Assembly (NCBI RefSeq): GCF_006345805.1
Contig: NC_043021.1
Location: 17,794,001 to 17,858,000, forward strand
From: Octopus sinensis
Taxonomy: Eukaryota
Length of the DNA stretch: 64,000 nt
Reading direction: 5' to 3'
This document shows positions 41,832 to 55,314 of this stretch, piece after piece. Below the pieces are notes generated by a model. That model did no database searches. It saw only the letters and a list, made by a program, of their open reading frames with translations, and had not been told where the DNA came from. The position numbers and the translations under genes were made by a program. Each line of letters opens with the position of its first letter. Position 1 is the first letter of the stretch.

Positions 41832-43801
41832 AGGGAGAAGTACGATCTTGTCAGAGAGTAATCTCTGTGTATGTGCGTGTGTTCGCGCGCGTCAAGAGTC
41901 TAAGCGAGAGGCGGCGGTGGTGGTAATGAAGGTGAGAGAGAGTGAGAGAGAGAGAGTGTGTGTGTGTGTGTGTGTGTGTGGTGGGTGCAATGGCGTGTGG
42001 ATAGCATTGACAAAAGCGTCCGAGAAAATAGTAGCGGTTCTCTATGTGATGGTAAAAGCAAAGCAGTCAGGAAATAACATTAAGCAGGCGAAAGAGAGGT
42101 AAAGGAAGAGGAAGGGGGCGGGAGGAGGGGGGAGAGAGAGGGAAACGGTTGAATGAGGGCGGTGTCGACGGCAGCCGAAACAGCTAGGTCAAAGAGGTGT
42201 GGGGGAGCAAGGAGAGAGAGAGAGAGAGAGAGAGACAAAGAGGGAGGAGGAGGAGAAGGTTAGAAAAGACAGAAGACAGCAATCCAAACAAGAAAGAGAG
42301 AGAAAGCCAACAGACATGGATACAATGACTAGAGCAATGCTACTAAACAGCGGTGTCATTATCATCGCAGTAGGCTTTTTATTTATTATTTCTTCTTCTT
42401 CTCCTCCTCCTCCTCCCGCTGCTGCCCTTGGGCTTCGAGACGTAACGAGTTCGCTAACAGCGCACCCACCCACCTTTACAACAAAGCCCGTTTTCTATCA
42501 CACCGTTTATATATATATATATATATATATAGAAGAGAAAGGGGCTATCAACATCACAACCACCCGTATACCCTGGCCCCCTTTCTAAATAAAAAAAAAA
42601 TTTTAAACCCCACACACTTCATGCCTATTTAAAAAACACTTTTTCTTTCCTACGTGGCGGCAGTTAGTGGGGGGAGGGGAGGGGAGAGAATAAAGGGACA
42701 AACCAGTCGTAACCCGGGTCTTATTTTCATTAGGAACTCTTTAGCTTATTCGACTTAATGCGCCCTACGGCAAGGCATGAATATCACAACTTCATAACCT
42801 ATTCTCTATTCTCTCTCCCTCGCCATCTTACTGGCTTCCTGAAACAGGTACAAAATAATTGCTTTTCTTATTCTTTTTCGGTTTCTATTGAAAGGGAGAA
42901 GAAGAAAAAAAAACTAGAAGGGGAATGAATATTTATTTACAAACGCCTGTTTTAAAAAGTAAAATTGTATCAACGAAATTGTTTAAAAAGATACAAGCAA
43001 ATATCAAGAGAGCAACAACAACAAAAAGGCGCCTGTGTGTGAGAGAGAGAGAGAGGGCTAAGTAAGTAAAGTGGTTGGTGTACATTCCAACAGTGAGTAA
43101 GAAGAAACGTCATTTGTGTATAGGCAGCCATCAGCCAGCCGATACTTCCTCCATTGCACACAGGAGTGAGTGAGTGAGTGAGTGATACAACACCCACGAG
43201 AGCAAAGCAAGCAAATATAGCTAACGGAACTACCGACACACGAACAGATTTCACAAGAGATAGAGGGAAAGAGAGAGTCAGAGAGAGAGACAGAGGGAAG
43301 AAGGAAAAAACACGGAATGAATAAAGAACGAACGAACGAACGAAATAACATTAGAAGCAAGATCTCGCCATGTCAGCCGTGCCTGCAGTGAATAAAGAAA
43401 TTAGACGATCGCTGTAAAGGCTAAGGGAATAAAAGTGAAATATACTTAATCCATTACAGCCCTTTACACACACACACACACACACACACACAGCTGGTTC
43501 GGTGGAGGGGGTTGAGGAGCTGTGAGAGAGAAGAGAGAGGCGGGGGAGAGGGGAACATGAGGATGACAAAAACACGGGGAGATAATGCCGTTTTGTACTG
43601 AAAGGTTGATGCCTATTGATAAAACAACAGATATGATGTCTATTATAGCTACAGTATGGAGCATTAAGGAATCATAACCTCTTAAATAGGTCAATTCGTT
43701 TTCATTAACTAATATAGCGAGTTTCGGTGGAAATTCAGAGGAGAAAAAAGCAGATCCACGATTTAATAAACAAAAGAAACAAATTACACACACAATTTAT
43801 T

Positions 43802-43833
<32 letters not shown>

Positions 43834-44043
43834 CAAATACACACACATAATATTTCCTGAATTATATATATATGCGCAGCCTTCGATTTCTTTTTTTTTT
43901 TCTTTTAAAGGGTTTCTTAACCCAATTTTTACATAGTTTATAGCTTTATGTGTATGCTTCGAGATTATATATATATATATATTAGAAGAAATGAGGTAAT
44001 CAGAAGATCGGATGGTTTATATTTACAGATATTTATATATTAC

Positions 44044-44075
<32 letters not shown>

Positions 44076-44251
44076 GTCATATCACTTAGATCATTAGCGC
44101 TTTCTCCCATTCTAGTGGGGTTTTCAAATCAAAATAAGTTCCTTTGTATATATATATATATTATATATATATATATATATATGTCATATCACTTAGATCA
44201 TTAGCGCTTTCTCCCATTCTAGTGGGGTTTTCAAATCAAAATAAGTTCCTT

Positions 44252-44292
<41 letters not shown>

Positions 44293-46207
44293 ATGTATGT
44301 ATGTATATGCATGCATCAGTAAACATGCCTGAGTGTTCTCGTGTTTAGTTGGCGAAACCGAAATAGCAGGCTGACATTGTAATTGATAGAAAACTACGGT
44401 AAGCTTGAAATGTAATGGGAAGGTGTTGGTTGGTTGGTGTGTGTGTGTGTGTGTGTAAGGGAAGCCTGGTGTCGGAAAGTGGGTGTGCAAGATCAGATCA
44501 GATCTTCACGACCACATGGACAGGCTGTGCGCAGCCATATTTAAAAACCCCCACAATGCAACACAACGCCAAAAACCTGAGAAAGCAGTTTGTGTTCAAG
44601 CTCGAAAATGAGCAGCTTCCGCAGACTGTAGTACCTTTTAGACATAGCAGTAAGACAGTAGTTAGTAAAGAATTAAAAATGGAAAATATTAATAATAATA
44701 ATAATAAAAAAAGCACCTAAATCAGCCATTGTAATTTCACGCTGTGCATAAATACATCATCAATACGGTTGTTTTCGCTCAGACCTGATCTGTTTATTGT
44801 AACGATCGGTATTAAATAGTCGATTAAATATCATTACTCTCAAGATATTGAATACATAAAGAGGCGACCTTAGTGATTATCTATTATTTGTTTTAATTGT
44901 TTTACAAGATGTGGTAGGTAGGATATTAAAAGGTGATTAAATTAAAATCAGAAATCGTTTCCTCTCTTGCGACCATATTTCTAAATCTTATTTAATGACG
45001 ATAAAAATATATATCTACAAGATATCCTCGGTCAAGAACAATTTACGTTTATTCAGCTAAACATTTGAAATTAATCCGCCTTAATAAGCTATTTTAGAAT
45101 AAGCTCTCCTCGTCTCTCTATCATATATATATATATATATATATATATGATACACACACTGCAACACGATGGCTAAAAAGCAAAGTGTGCGTAAGCGTGC
45201 TCCGACACTCATACACACGTACAACGTTGAAAAGTGCAACAAACAGGCTCACACGCTGACATCAAGAATCTGCCTCTTGGAGGTGGGAGTTGGTAAGGAC
45301 TTGGCAGTTTGAACATGAGCAATGGAGTCAGAATGAGGAGGACTGAAGGAGAAGGAGAGGAATGGTGGTGATGGTGGCGGCCGTGGTGGCGGCATCGAGA
45401 GAAACAAGGAAGAAGAGATAGGTAACAGCAACTGCTGACGGCACACACACACATACACACATTGAATACGTGAGAAGGTGGTGGTGGTGGAAGAGATAGT
45501 GGTGGAATGAGAGAGGAGGAGGAGGAGGTACTTAGACAACGAAATTACGGAAAATTACGAAATAGAAGAGGACAAGCGCGATAGGATGGCGAAAAGGCGG
45601 TTTTAAATAACTCTACATCGTGAAATAGATGACAGAACGGATGGAAATGCCTTCACCATAAATAAAATATACGGTTAGCAACGTTGAATTCGACACAAAT
45701 ATATATATATACACACGTATTACATATATATATATACGTACATCGAATTAAATTTTAAAATAAAAGAGAGTGACAGAGAGAGAGAATTAAATAAACAAGC
45801 TTATATAATTAGTATAATTGTTTCAGAAAGCCAAAAAAAAAAAAACAATCATTCCCTCAGCCTCTCACTCACGGCCATTCCTATGATACCCCACCTTCTA
45901 TGTCTTTATCTCTCTTCTATCATACACACACAGTAAATAAAAAGCTGAATAAACATCATTTCATTTTCAAATCAACATTAAAACAATTATTTTCAAAGTT
46001 TCCTACTAGAATGACCTCACCACCACCACCATCATCATCATCATCACTATTATCATCGACACCGACAACTATGACGACCTTAGTCACATGAGATGGTTTT
46101 AATAATCATCAAGCAATAACCTGGCTTGTTAAATGCTCTTAAAACTTAAAACTGTCTCAGATTAAGAGTGTGTGTGTGTGTGTGTGTGTATGTATATATG
46201 TACCCAA

Positions 46208-46238
<31 letters not shown>

Positions 46239-46500
46239 AAGTGCGCCTGACACCCGAGACAAAAACTGATTATAGTTAATGAAACTGTTCGTTTGTAAAA
46301 TAAAAATGATTTTTCAATGTTATTAATACAAGCAAAGGGATCAGCGATTTAATCGCTTCAAGTGCAACAACAACAACTCATGTACTTAAAAACGGTTATC
46401 AACATAAGGATTTTTGTCAAGGTCCTTCTTACTGTCATCAGCGTTTTCTCGGGTGAAAGAAATTTCATGGAAGGGTAGATTTGCACAAGAAGTATTAACT
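40740..46500. promoter_or_regulatory. CpG-retaining, GA/CT-rich promoter- or enhancer-like island
   Basis: Frequent CG dinucleotides in unique sequence (tcgagcgacg, ttcgcgcgcg, gcggtgtcgacggcagccg) against a CpG-poor background; long (GA)n tracts; CGCCAT motifs at 42821 and 43366. Confidence 0.6.
44076..44254. repeat. About 72-bp unique segment duplicated in tandem between (TA)n tracts (period 107)
   Basis: gtcatatcacttagatc...aagttcctttg at 44076 and 44183. Confidence 0.9.
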
Positions 46501-48344
46501 AAACCAGCACATTCCGCATAAAAACGTTACATTAACCACAAGGCCAGGGGCTTCTTAAGGACGGGTGTGAGGAATGGGGTAGTGCAGTCTGTCCAAAGAA
46601 CAATGCCATTTTTTTTTTGTAAGGAGAAACAAACCATAAGCAGACTGTATCAACCCCAGGACATAACTGGTACTGGCAAGCATAGATGTCATGGAAGGTC
46701 CAAGCAGGATTTAAAATGCACCAACACTTATTGCTCTCGGACCAACAAAGGAACATTTGCCTGGTCCCTCGCCCTGCTAGACATCGCTCACAAATCACAC
46801 CCATTGCATAATGTAATGGGGGTGATATACGAAAGGACAGGACGGTCACAGTTGAACTGATTTTGATCACAGGTCTGCTAAATCCGGGCTGGCAGATTTT
46901 TTCTTTTATCTCTGCATTGATTAGTTACAATACAAAATACTTTCACTCGGTGTAGCTGTCCATCTTGACATATTTGGCTCTTAACACTGCACCACACCTG
47001 AAGATCATGCATCGACACGCTGCTTCCACCACCACCACCACTTCTAAATGGTCTCTACTCCAACCATTCTCTTATCTCTTATCCCCCCCCCCGAATTTTC
47101 TCGCACTTCACCAAATCCACCGACACAATTTCAACCTCAAACATTGACCACCAATTGGTCAGTTAACGCCAAACTAACTAAACTAGTTGGTTCCAATGAA
47201 GCATTGTTTTCAACATGTAACCAATATTCCAAACGGAATAGAATCAGTCTCCCTTGCCAAAGACAGTGAATTTTTCCTTTATTTCCTACTCAAATCTCTC
47301 TCCACTCAACGTTACAGTATTTCACTTGGGACACCACAACAACTTCTTTAGCCAGAAGAGTTATTAGAGCAACAGAGTGGCTTGCTTTGTGGTGGTTATC
47401 CCAACTCTCTACACTCTGATTTCAAATCCTACCATGGTCCACTTTGCTTGCCTTACTTTCAGTGAAGTCAATAAAAGTTTCAGTCTCGTTCTGTGCAGGA
47501 GCTGATTATCTTCTTTCATTATTTCTTCTTGTTTGTGTGTTTTTCTTTCTTTCCAGAAAACAGCTTTAGTCCAACCAAGACAGGTGTGGGAGCCACTAAG
47601 ATCTAAAACAGTGCTCAATCAGAGCCCATGTAACCCCTGGCGGTCTCCATATAATTGAGGATCCACAAGTAGTATTTTAAGGGTTCATGAAAAATTTTTA
47701 CTTCAGATGTATTTACTGCAAGAAATAGTCACATTCCTTTCTCTAATGTTTTACATAGTTTAACATGTTTCCAGCCACTGAAACATGTTCTCTCAGAGAA
47801 TGCTATTGCAAACCTATGCAAGTGAACATGTGACAAACAAATTAGGAATTATGAAAGAAGTATCGATAAAACTAGTTTTGAAACATCAGATAGGGGGGGG
47901 GGGGGAATCCACCTGAATAAAATAGTTTTAAAAAAAAAAAGTCCATAGAACCACTTAAAAATGCCTATCAAGGAGTTGAAGATGTAAGGTGAGGTAAAAG
48001 TAGTTTAAAAGAGTCTATAAAAGTTAATAGGTAATGTGAGTTTTAACTTGGGCACAAATCCCATCATTTCAGAGGTGGAGATGTAATCAAATAGACCACA
48101 AGACGACTGGTTCTCATTTTCTCAACATCAGAAGGTACCAAGTCAGCTATCTCCTTGCACCAATTAAATATCCCATTTCCACTGGATTCATCTACAACTG
48201 GTACACCAACTATCTTAAATAGAGAGAGGAGTGACACACAGACAGCTGTAACATTCCAAGATGTCTTGTAATTAGTTCACTGGCAACTTCTACTCTGTAA
48301 CACTCGTTACTAATACAGAATAAAACATTCTACACACACACACA

Positions 48345-48558
48345 GATCAATATCTCAAACACTATCAACCATTGAGATCAATATTTCAAACACTATCAAC
48401 CATAGAAATCGATATTTTAAGCACTATCAACTACAGAGATCAATATTTCAAACACTACCAACCTTGAAATCAATAATATCAAACACTATCAACCACAGAT
48501 ATCACCATCTCAAACACTATCAACCACAAAGATTATTATTTCAAACACAATGAACCAC
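48345..48558. repeat. About 30-31-bp minisatellite, about 7 diverged copies
   Basis: Recurring gatcaatatttcaaacactatcaacc. Confidence 0.85.
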
Positions 48559-49323
48559 CATACTCCAGTCCTAAACAGATGACTCAACATGCTGCCACCA
48601 CCACCACCGGGTTTTTGAGTGCCTTTAGTGGAGATCAACCCTGTTGCAAGCAGTCTAGTCTTGCGCGCACACACACACCCCTTTTTTTTTTTTTTGTCTG
48701 GCATCAGTCACATCAATCTCAGCCCAGGAAAGCCTGCAAAGGTCATTACCACTGCTCCCATCTTCCCACTCCGCAACCATCTCCTTCTGACTAATTTATA
48801 GCAATGCAAACAAACACACAAACAAACAAGATGACCTGCAAAAGCAGAAACTGCTCCTACATCCTGGTTAGATAGATGACAGTTCAAAAAATTACAAAAG
48901 TAGCAGTGGAGATATTCAGAAATTATCAGAACTATTTATCCCGTGATGTGATAGTAATTCACCAAGTTACGAACAACCAGAAAATAAAGATATAAATCAA
49001 AACAAAACTAACCGCGTGCTTTTAGATTAGTTATTTACAAACTGGAATATCTGATAAAAAATAATATAACAACCTGAACGACAAGGTGGGAGTGGACTGA
49101 GCAAACTTAACTTTTTAGCATCTGAACTTCAGTCTTACTTTTTTTTTTTTTTTTTTTTTACCATTGTTGTTATTTTCGAGGTGGTAAGCTGGCAGAATTG
49201 TTAGCACGGTGGGTAAAATGCTCTGCAGCATTTAATTTCCTTCAGTTATTCACATTCTAGGTTCAAATCTTTTCAAGTTCAACTTTACCTTCTGTCTTTG
49301 CCAGATTGATAAAATAAAATACC

Positions 49324-49561
49324 TATTTCTTTATTACCCACAAGGGGCTAAACATAGAAGGGACAAAGACAGACATAGGTATTAAGTCGATTACATCGAC
49401 CCCCCCCCCCCAGTGCGTAACTGGTACTTAACTTATCGACCCCGAAAGGATTAAAGGCAAAGTCGACCTCGGCGGAATTTGAACTCACAACGTAACAACA
49501 GACGAATTACGGCTACGCATTTCGCCCAGCGTGCTAACGTTTCTGCCAGCTCGCCACCTTC
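49324..49561 (-). mobile_element. Young SINE family B inserted into an older plus-strand family B copy
   Basis: 10-bp TSD ataaaatacc at 49314-49323 and 49562-49571; the host copy resumes after the insertion. Confidence 0.9.
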
Positions 49562-50030
49562 ATAAAATACCAGTTGAGTGCTAGGGTCAACTTTGCCTTT
49601 CATCCTTCCGGGGTCGATAAAATAAGTATCGGTTGTGTGCTGGGGTTAACGTAATCAACGAACCCCCTCCCCCAAATTTCAGGCCTTGTGCCTACAGTAG
49701 AAAGGATTATTGTTATTATCAAGGTTGCGAGCTGCCAGAATTGTTAGCATGCTGGACAAAGTGCTTAGCAGCATTTCACCCATCGTTATGTTCTGAGGTT
49801 GACTTTGCCTTTCATCCTTTCGGGGTCGATAAATTAAGTACCACTGGGGTCAATGCAATCGACTAGTGTTCTTCCCCAAAATTTCAGGCCTTGTGCCTTC
49901 TTTAGTAGAAACAGTAGCACATTGGACAAAACGCTTAGTGACATTTCCTCCAGATCTTTACTTTAAGTTCAAATCCTGTTTAAGTCAACTTCACCTCTTG
50001 TCCTTTCGGAGTTGATAATATAAAGTATTA

Positions 50031-50170
50031 TGGCGTTAGGAAGGGCATCCAGCCGTAGAAACACTGCCAGATCAGACTGGGCCTGATGCAGCCTTCCGGC
50101 TTCACAGTCCCCAGTTGAACCGTCCAACCCATGCTAGCATGGAAAGCGGACGCTAAATGATGATGATGAT
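50031..50170 (+). mobile_element. Retroposon 3' end (RTE-type) with (GAT)n tail
   Basis: ggcgttaggaagggcatccagc...catgctagcatggaaag..gatgatgat; related pieces near 39010-39110 and inverted at 63867-64000. Confidence 0.7.
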
Positions 50171-50262
50171 TGACCAAGTACTGGAGTCAATGTAGTACAA
50201 CTCACTCTTCCCTCCACTGAAAATGCTGGTTGTGTGCCAAAATTTGAACCTATTATTATTAC

Positions 50263-50293
<31 letters not shown>

Positions 50294-53200
50294 TAAATCT
50301 GTGTAGACTCAATCACATGATAGATGGATTCTACATAATGAGAAGAAAGAAAATGGAGATTAAATTGATAAACGAAAAGTCACAGTTATAAGAAATATAA
50401 AAACTCATGGAACAGAGAGAGAAAGGCTGGAGACATTCCTTAATTAATAAACACATAACTCATTAAAATTAAACAAATGAAAAGAAGGGGGAAAAAAATA
50501 ATAATCATCTAGACAACACTTTCAAGGACAGAGATGTTAGAGAAACTCTATGAAATGGGCCAGTGTGTATTGTATTAAATAACTTAATTGTAAACTCTTA
50601 GCATTTAGAGAGAGAGAGAAAGAGAGAGAGACCCGCTTCCATAACCACCTGTGTCAGATATAAATGGTTTTAATAAAAGAAAAATGATGCTTTAAGAGAG
50701 GGGGGGAAAAAAAGAAAAAGTGAAATGTCATCACTTGAAAATGTTATGGGGACTTTCAAGGCATTGCTTGTAAGTGTAGAGTGGATTGTGAAAGCATGCA
50801 CGCATGGCTTTGAGGAGGGAGGGGTGGTAGTAGTAGTAGTAGTTGTAGTAGTTGTAGTAGTACATAACAACCTAACAGCTTCTCCCTCACTTCCAGGCAA
50901 AAGGTTCCAGTGTTGTTCACTTACTACACCCGACCAGTACACTGTAAACACTCTTTTAGACATGCAAACGAATCCATTCAGCCTTCTCAGAAAGCAAAAT
51001 CCAAACAACAATACAACATTACAGGTACCTTTGAAGGTTTATAACCCCAAACCACCCAATCTTGAAGAAGTGTGGTGGGAGGTCAAGAGAGAGAGAGAGT
51101 TAGTGGTTAAATCAACAGTACCGTCAACACCTCAATAGAACATAACCTTAACAATATTGTTGTTGTTGTTGTTGCTGTTGTTATATATTGCCAGAACTAG
51201 GCTTTGCCCACAGCTACTTGCTAATTGCAACCAGATAAACAGCTGTTTGCTGCAACTGGAAGAACAGATTGGAAAATAAAAATATCTTTTTACACAAATG
51301 GATAGCTTTATTGTTGTTGTTGTTGTTGTTATTTTTATTATCTTGTAATAAACTATTTCAGTAAATAACCCTTACATGTTATCACTTGTGTTCTTTGGAA
51401 GAAAGAGCAATGAAAATGGGGAAGTAGAGGAGGGGGTGGCTGGTAACAAATGGATTAAAATGCAGAAAACTAAACCAGCCGCTAGAGTTTCTGTATTTAT
51501 GTATTTCAGATATTTTATTTATTTATCTAATATTATTTTTGTTATCATTTCATTTTCATGTGACTTAAGACTACATCTTGGAAATTGGCTTGTACCACAT
51601 TCATGATTGTATCATTGTTTCTAACAAAAGACACAAGGACTCAAATGTGCAGCTGGGGGGGGGGGGCTGAAATTTGGGGAACGGGGTAGATTCTGCCAGT
51701 TCAACAGCCTTGTAATAATGGTTTCAAATCTTGGCAAAGGGCCAGCAGTTTTTTGAAGGGAGGAGTCAATTATATTGACTCCAAAATTGTCTATTGGCCC
51801 TAAAAAGATGAAAAAGTAAGGTCAACCTCAGTGGAATTTGAACTCAGGACACGAAATGATGCTAAGCATTTTGTCTGGAATGCTAACAGATCTGCTATCT
51901 TGCCACCTTAAACATCCTTGTAATAATAATTATTTCTAACATACACAGAATGGTTAAAAACAAGGCAGAGGGAGCAGTCAACAATATGAGCACCAGTACT
52001 AGGCCAGCATTTTACTTTATTGACCCCAGAGGATCAGAGAATCAGCAGGATTGGAACTCACAACATGAAAAGTCAGAACAAAAACAAAGCATTTTTCCTG
52101 CAACTCCAATATTTCTGTCTGTGCACCAAAAATGTAAAACCAGTAACAAAACAAAATAGACAAACTATTTCATTAAATGCAAGTCACTTCTCATGGAAAT
52201 AAATATACCACAGCGTATTTTATCTAAAAAATTTTAATCAAAATACTATGTCAATCAAAATAATGTATAAAGTTACAAATCAACAAACTGCTAAGATACT
52301 TTTTTTTATGTAAAATGGTATTTTAGATCATATGTAAGTAGCATTTTGTGTCAAAAAAGACAAACTACATCATATTCATGAAACTGGAAACCATTAACCA
52401 AAGAGACTTTCAAAAGACCAAAACAAAAAAAAAAGGCCTCAGTTGAACAAACTACAAAAGTCTGTGAAAACCTTCTTTGACTTGTTTTGGTCACAGAACT
52501 GCAGCCATACTGGAGCACAGCCTTGAAGGGTTTTACTTGAACAAATCAATCCCAGCACTTTTATTTTCAAGTTTGTTACTTATTCTATTGGTCTCTTTTG
52601 CTAACCTGCTAAATTATGGGGAGATAAACAAACCAACACTGGTTGTCAAGCAATTGGAGGAACATGCATTCATATTTATACATGGGCTTCCACACAGTTT
52701 CCATCCACTAAATTCACTTACAAAGCATTGGTTGATCTACAGCTTGCCCAAGGTGCTGTGCAATGAGACAGAACCCAAAACCACATTTAGTACCGGAGTC
52801 AATGTAATCAACTCCTCTCCATTCTTAACTCTAAATTCCTGGCTTTGTGCCAAAATCTGAAACCATTATCGTTATTATTATTATTATTAAGGCAGCAAGG
52901 TTTATGTTCAGAGTTTAAATTCCACCAAGGTGGACTTCGCCCTTCATCTTTTCTTTTCCGGGTCAATAAAGTGAGCCCCAGTTGAGCACCAGGACCACCA
53001 ATATCATCAACTAGCACCCCTCTCCCAAAATTTTCAGGTTTTGTGTCGCAGATAAAATAATTACTATTATATAACCCTATATTTTGTACAATTTTCTAAA
53101 AACTAAATCTGGATGGCTGCGCTATCCATGCTTTTGGTGGGGCAGTTACTATTACTTAGCAGTTCTTAATATGAAATTCTAACTGAAACCAAAACCAGTT

Positions 53201-55314
53201 TCTGGAGTTCACTTAGTGAGAAATTCCACTGAGACCACTACATTACTAGTTACTTACCATCTATAACAAAACAACAAAAAAAAACTAACTACATTAATTT
53301 TGATATCACAGCACTATTAATTACATTAAAAAATGGTGACATTATCAAAAGTGCTGCTATAACTAAACCATATATAATATCATAATATGTACATCCAACA
53401 ATTTCACCTCCTCATGTGACAAAGTTTCATTGAAGGAACCTCAAACTTCTAGAAATAGCAGCTAAATATTTCTCAAAACACACTACCACCTACAAGAGAA
53501 GGACAGATACATTGGTCAAAGCAATCCTAGCTATCCAAAAAGATGGGTTTGTCATGATTGGAATGTCTCTGACCGTAAGTCTATGATGGCATGTTTAATT
53601 TAATGTTTAATTTGGATTTCTAAATTTCTTTTCAATTTATCAAATTTGATGAAATTAATCTTAAACACCATGGCATTTCCAGACAGTCAGGATTGCTCCA
53701 ACCTCAAAGACACACCCCAATTTCAACTTGAAAATTTTAAAACAAAGGCCCCTTTTAAGTGAAGTACCTTCACATATTTTACCAAGATGTTTAGATAATA
53801 GGCCTAGCAATATATAAATCCTGTTGATCCTTTTATAGTTTGCATATATTCTTCAACAATACAGAAAAACACCAAGTTTGGCATTGATAACCCTCTTGCA
53901 GGGTTAAAATAATTGACTTTTGAAAAATGCCGCTTTCATCTTCCAAGGTGCACAATAAATTTTTTGAAACTTAATTTAGGCAAAACTAACATGCTTGATT
54001 CCACAAAATACAGTAATATATCAGAAAGGAAAAAAATTGGGAAAAGTCAAGTTACAAAGGAGAAAATTCTCAAACCACTTTAAATAATAGTATTAAGCAC
54101 CAATAGAAACAATTTCAGAAGTCAGAAAGGCCCAAAGGCCCTACAAAGACTATGGAGCATTGCTCTTCCCCGCTTTATACTTTAATAATTAGCATTAAGT
54201 TGGTTATGTGAAACTGAAAGTTCTCTTCAAATTATATTTCTTTTACTCAACATTTTGCCTGGAATTTAATCCTAACTACAAATTGTTGTGTTAATACTTT
54301 GTTCATTCACTTTTCATGCCAACATAGGGATAGATGAATACATGTTGTGGTCTTGCTTTAAAGCCAAATACCCTTCCTACCACAAACTCTTACCCTTTTT
54401 TCAAGAAAACGAATCTTCATTCCACTCATCATTGAAGGCACAGAGCTACCAAGGAAATGACAACAGAACACCAGCTGTAGCTCAGCTAATTTTCTTACAA
54501 GCCCAGAGTGCAAATACACACACCACAAATGACAAACTTTGTACAGTTCCTGCCAACTAAATTCACTCATAAGGCATTAGTGCTCAACTGGTACTTATTT
54601 TATCAAACCTGAATGATCTTTTCTATTCTAGGCACAAGGCCCAAAATTTTGGCAGGGAGGAGTGGGGCAGTAGATTAGATCGACCTCAGTATACAACTGG
54701 TATTTAATTTATCAACCCTGAAATGATGAAAAGCGAACCGCAGTGGAATTTGAACTCAGATGGGCAAAATGCCATTCAGCATTTTGGCCAGTACGCTAAC
54801 AATTCTGCCACCTCACCTAAAATATTGCTCTTTGACAAGTACAAAGGACACAAACTTCTTCTGTATCTACTAAAGTACTTGTCTAGTACAATTAAACACT
54901 ACAACATGATTTTGTCCAGTGCCCAACCAATTCTACCACTTATTTCCACAACCCTTTTACATTCAGCAGAAATAATGCTGACCTGGAAAACATTTCCTAA
55001 TCAGAAAAAAATGCTTTTTTTTTTCGGAAAAAGCTCAAAACTAGAAATGAGTCCACTTCCAGTTAATAACAGACAAAAATAGCATCAAATATTTGCACAA
55101 CGATGTGACCCTATTTTGTAATTTCCTCATTTCCTAAGTTCAACTCGGCAAACTAATAACACACAGAGAGGAAAACCTGCATGTGAAAGAGAACGAAAGG
55201 GGAGTTGTCACTAAATGGCCATTAATTTCAGAGAGCAATATAATTTACGATGAGCATGGTGTTTGAAACTCCAGCAACTATATATATATATATATATATA
55301 CATATATATATAAA

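Noticed and set aside
41848-45539. Several 70-130 aa ORFs in the CpG island
   Set aside because: Low-complexity translations of GA/CA/CCT repeats; GC-richer sequence has fewer stops; no domain recognised.
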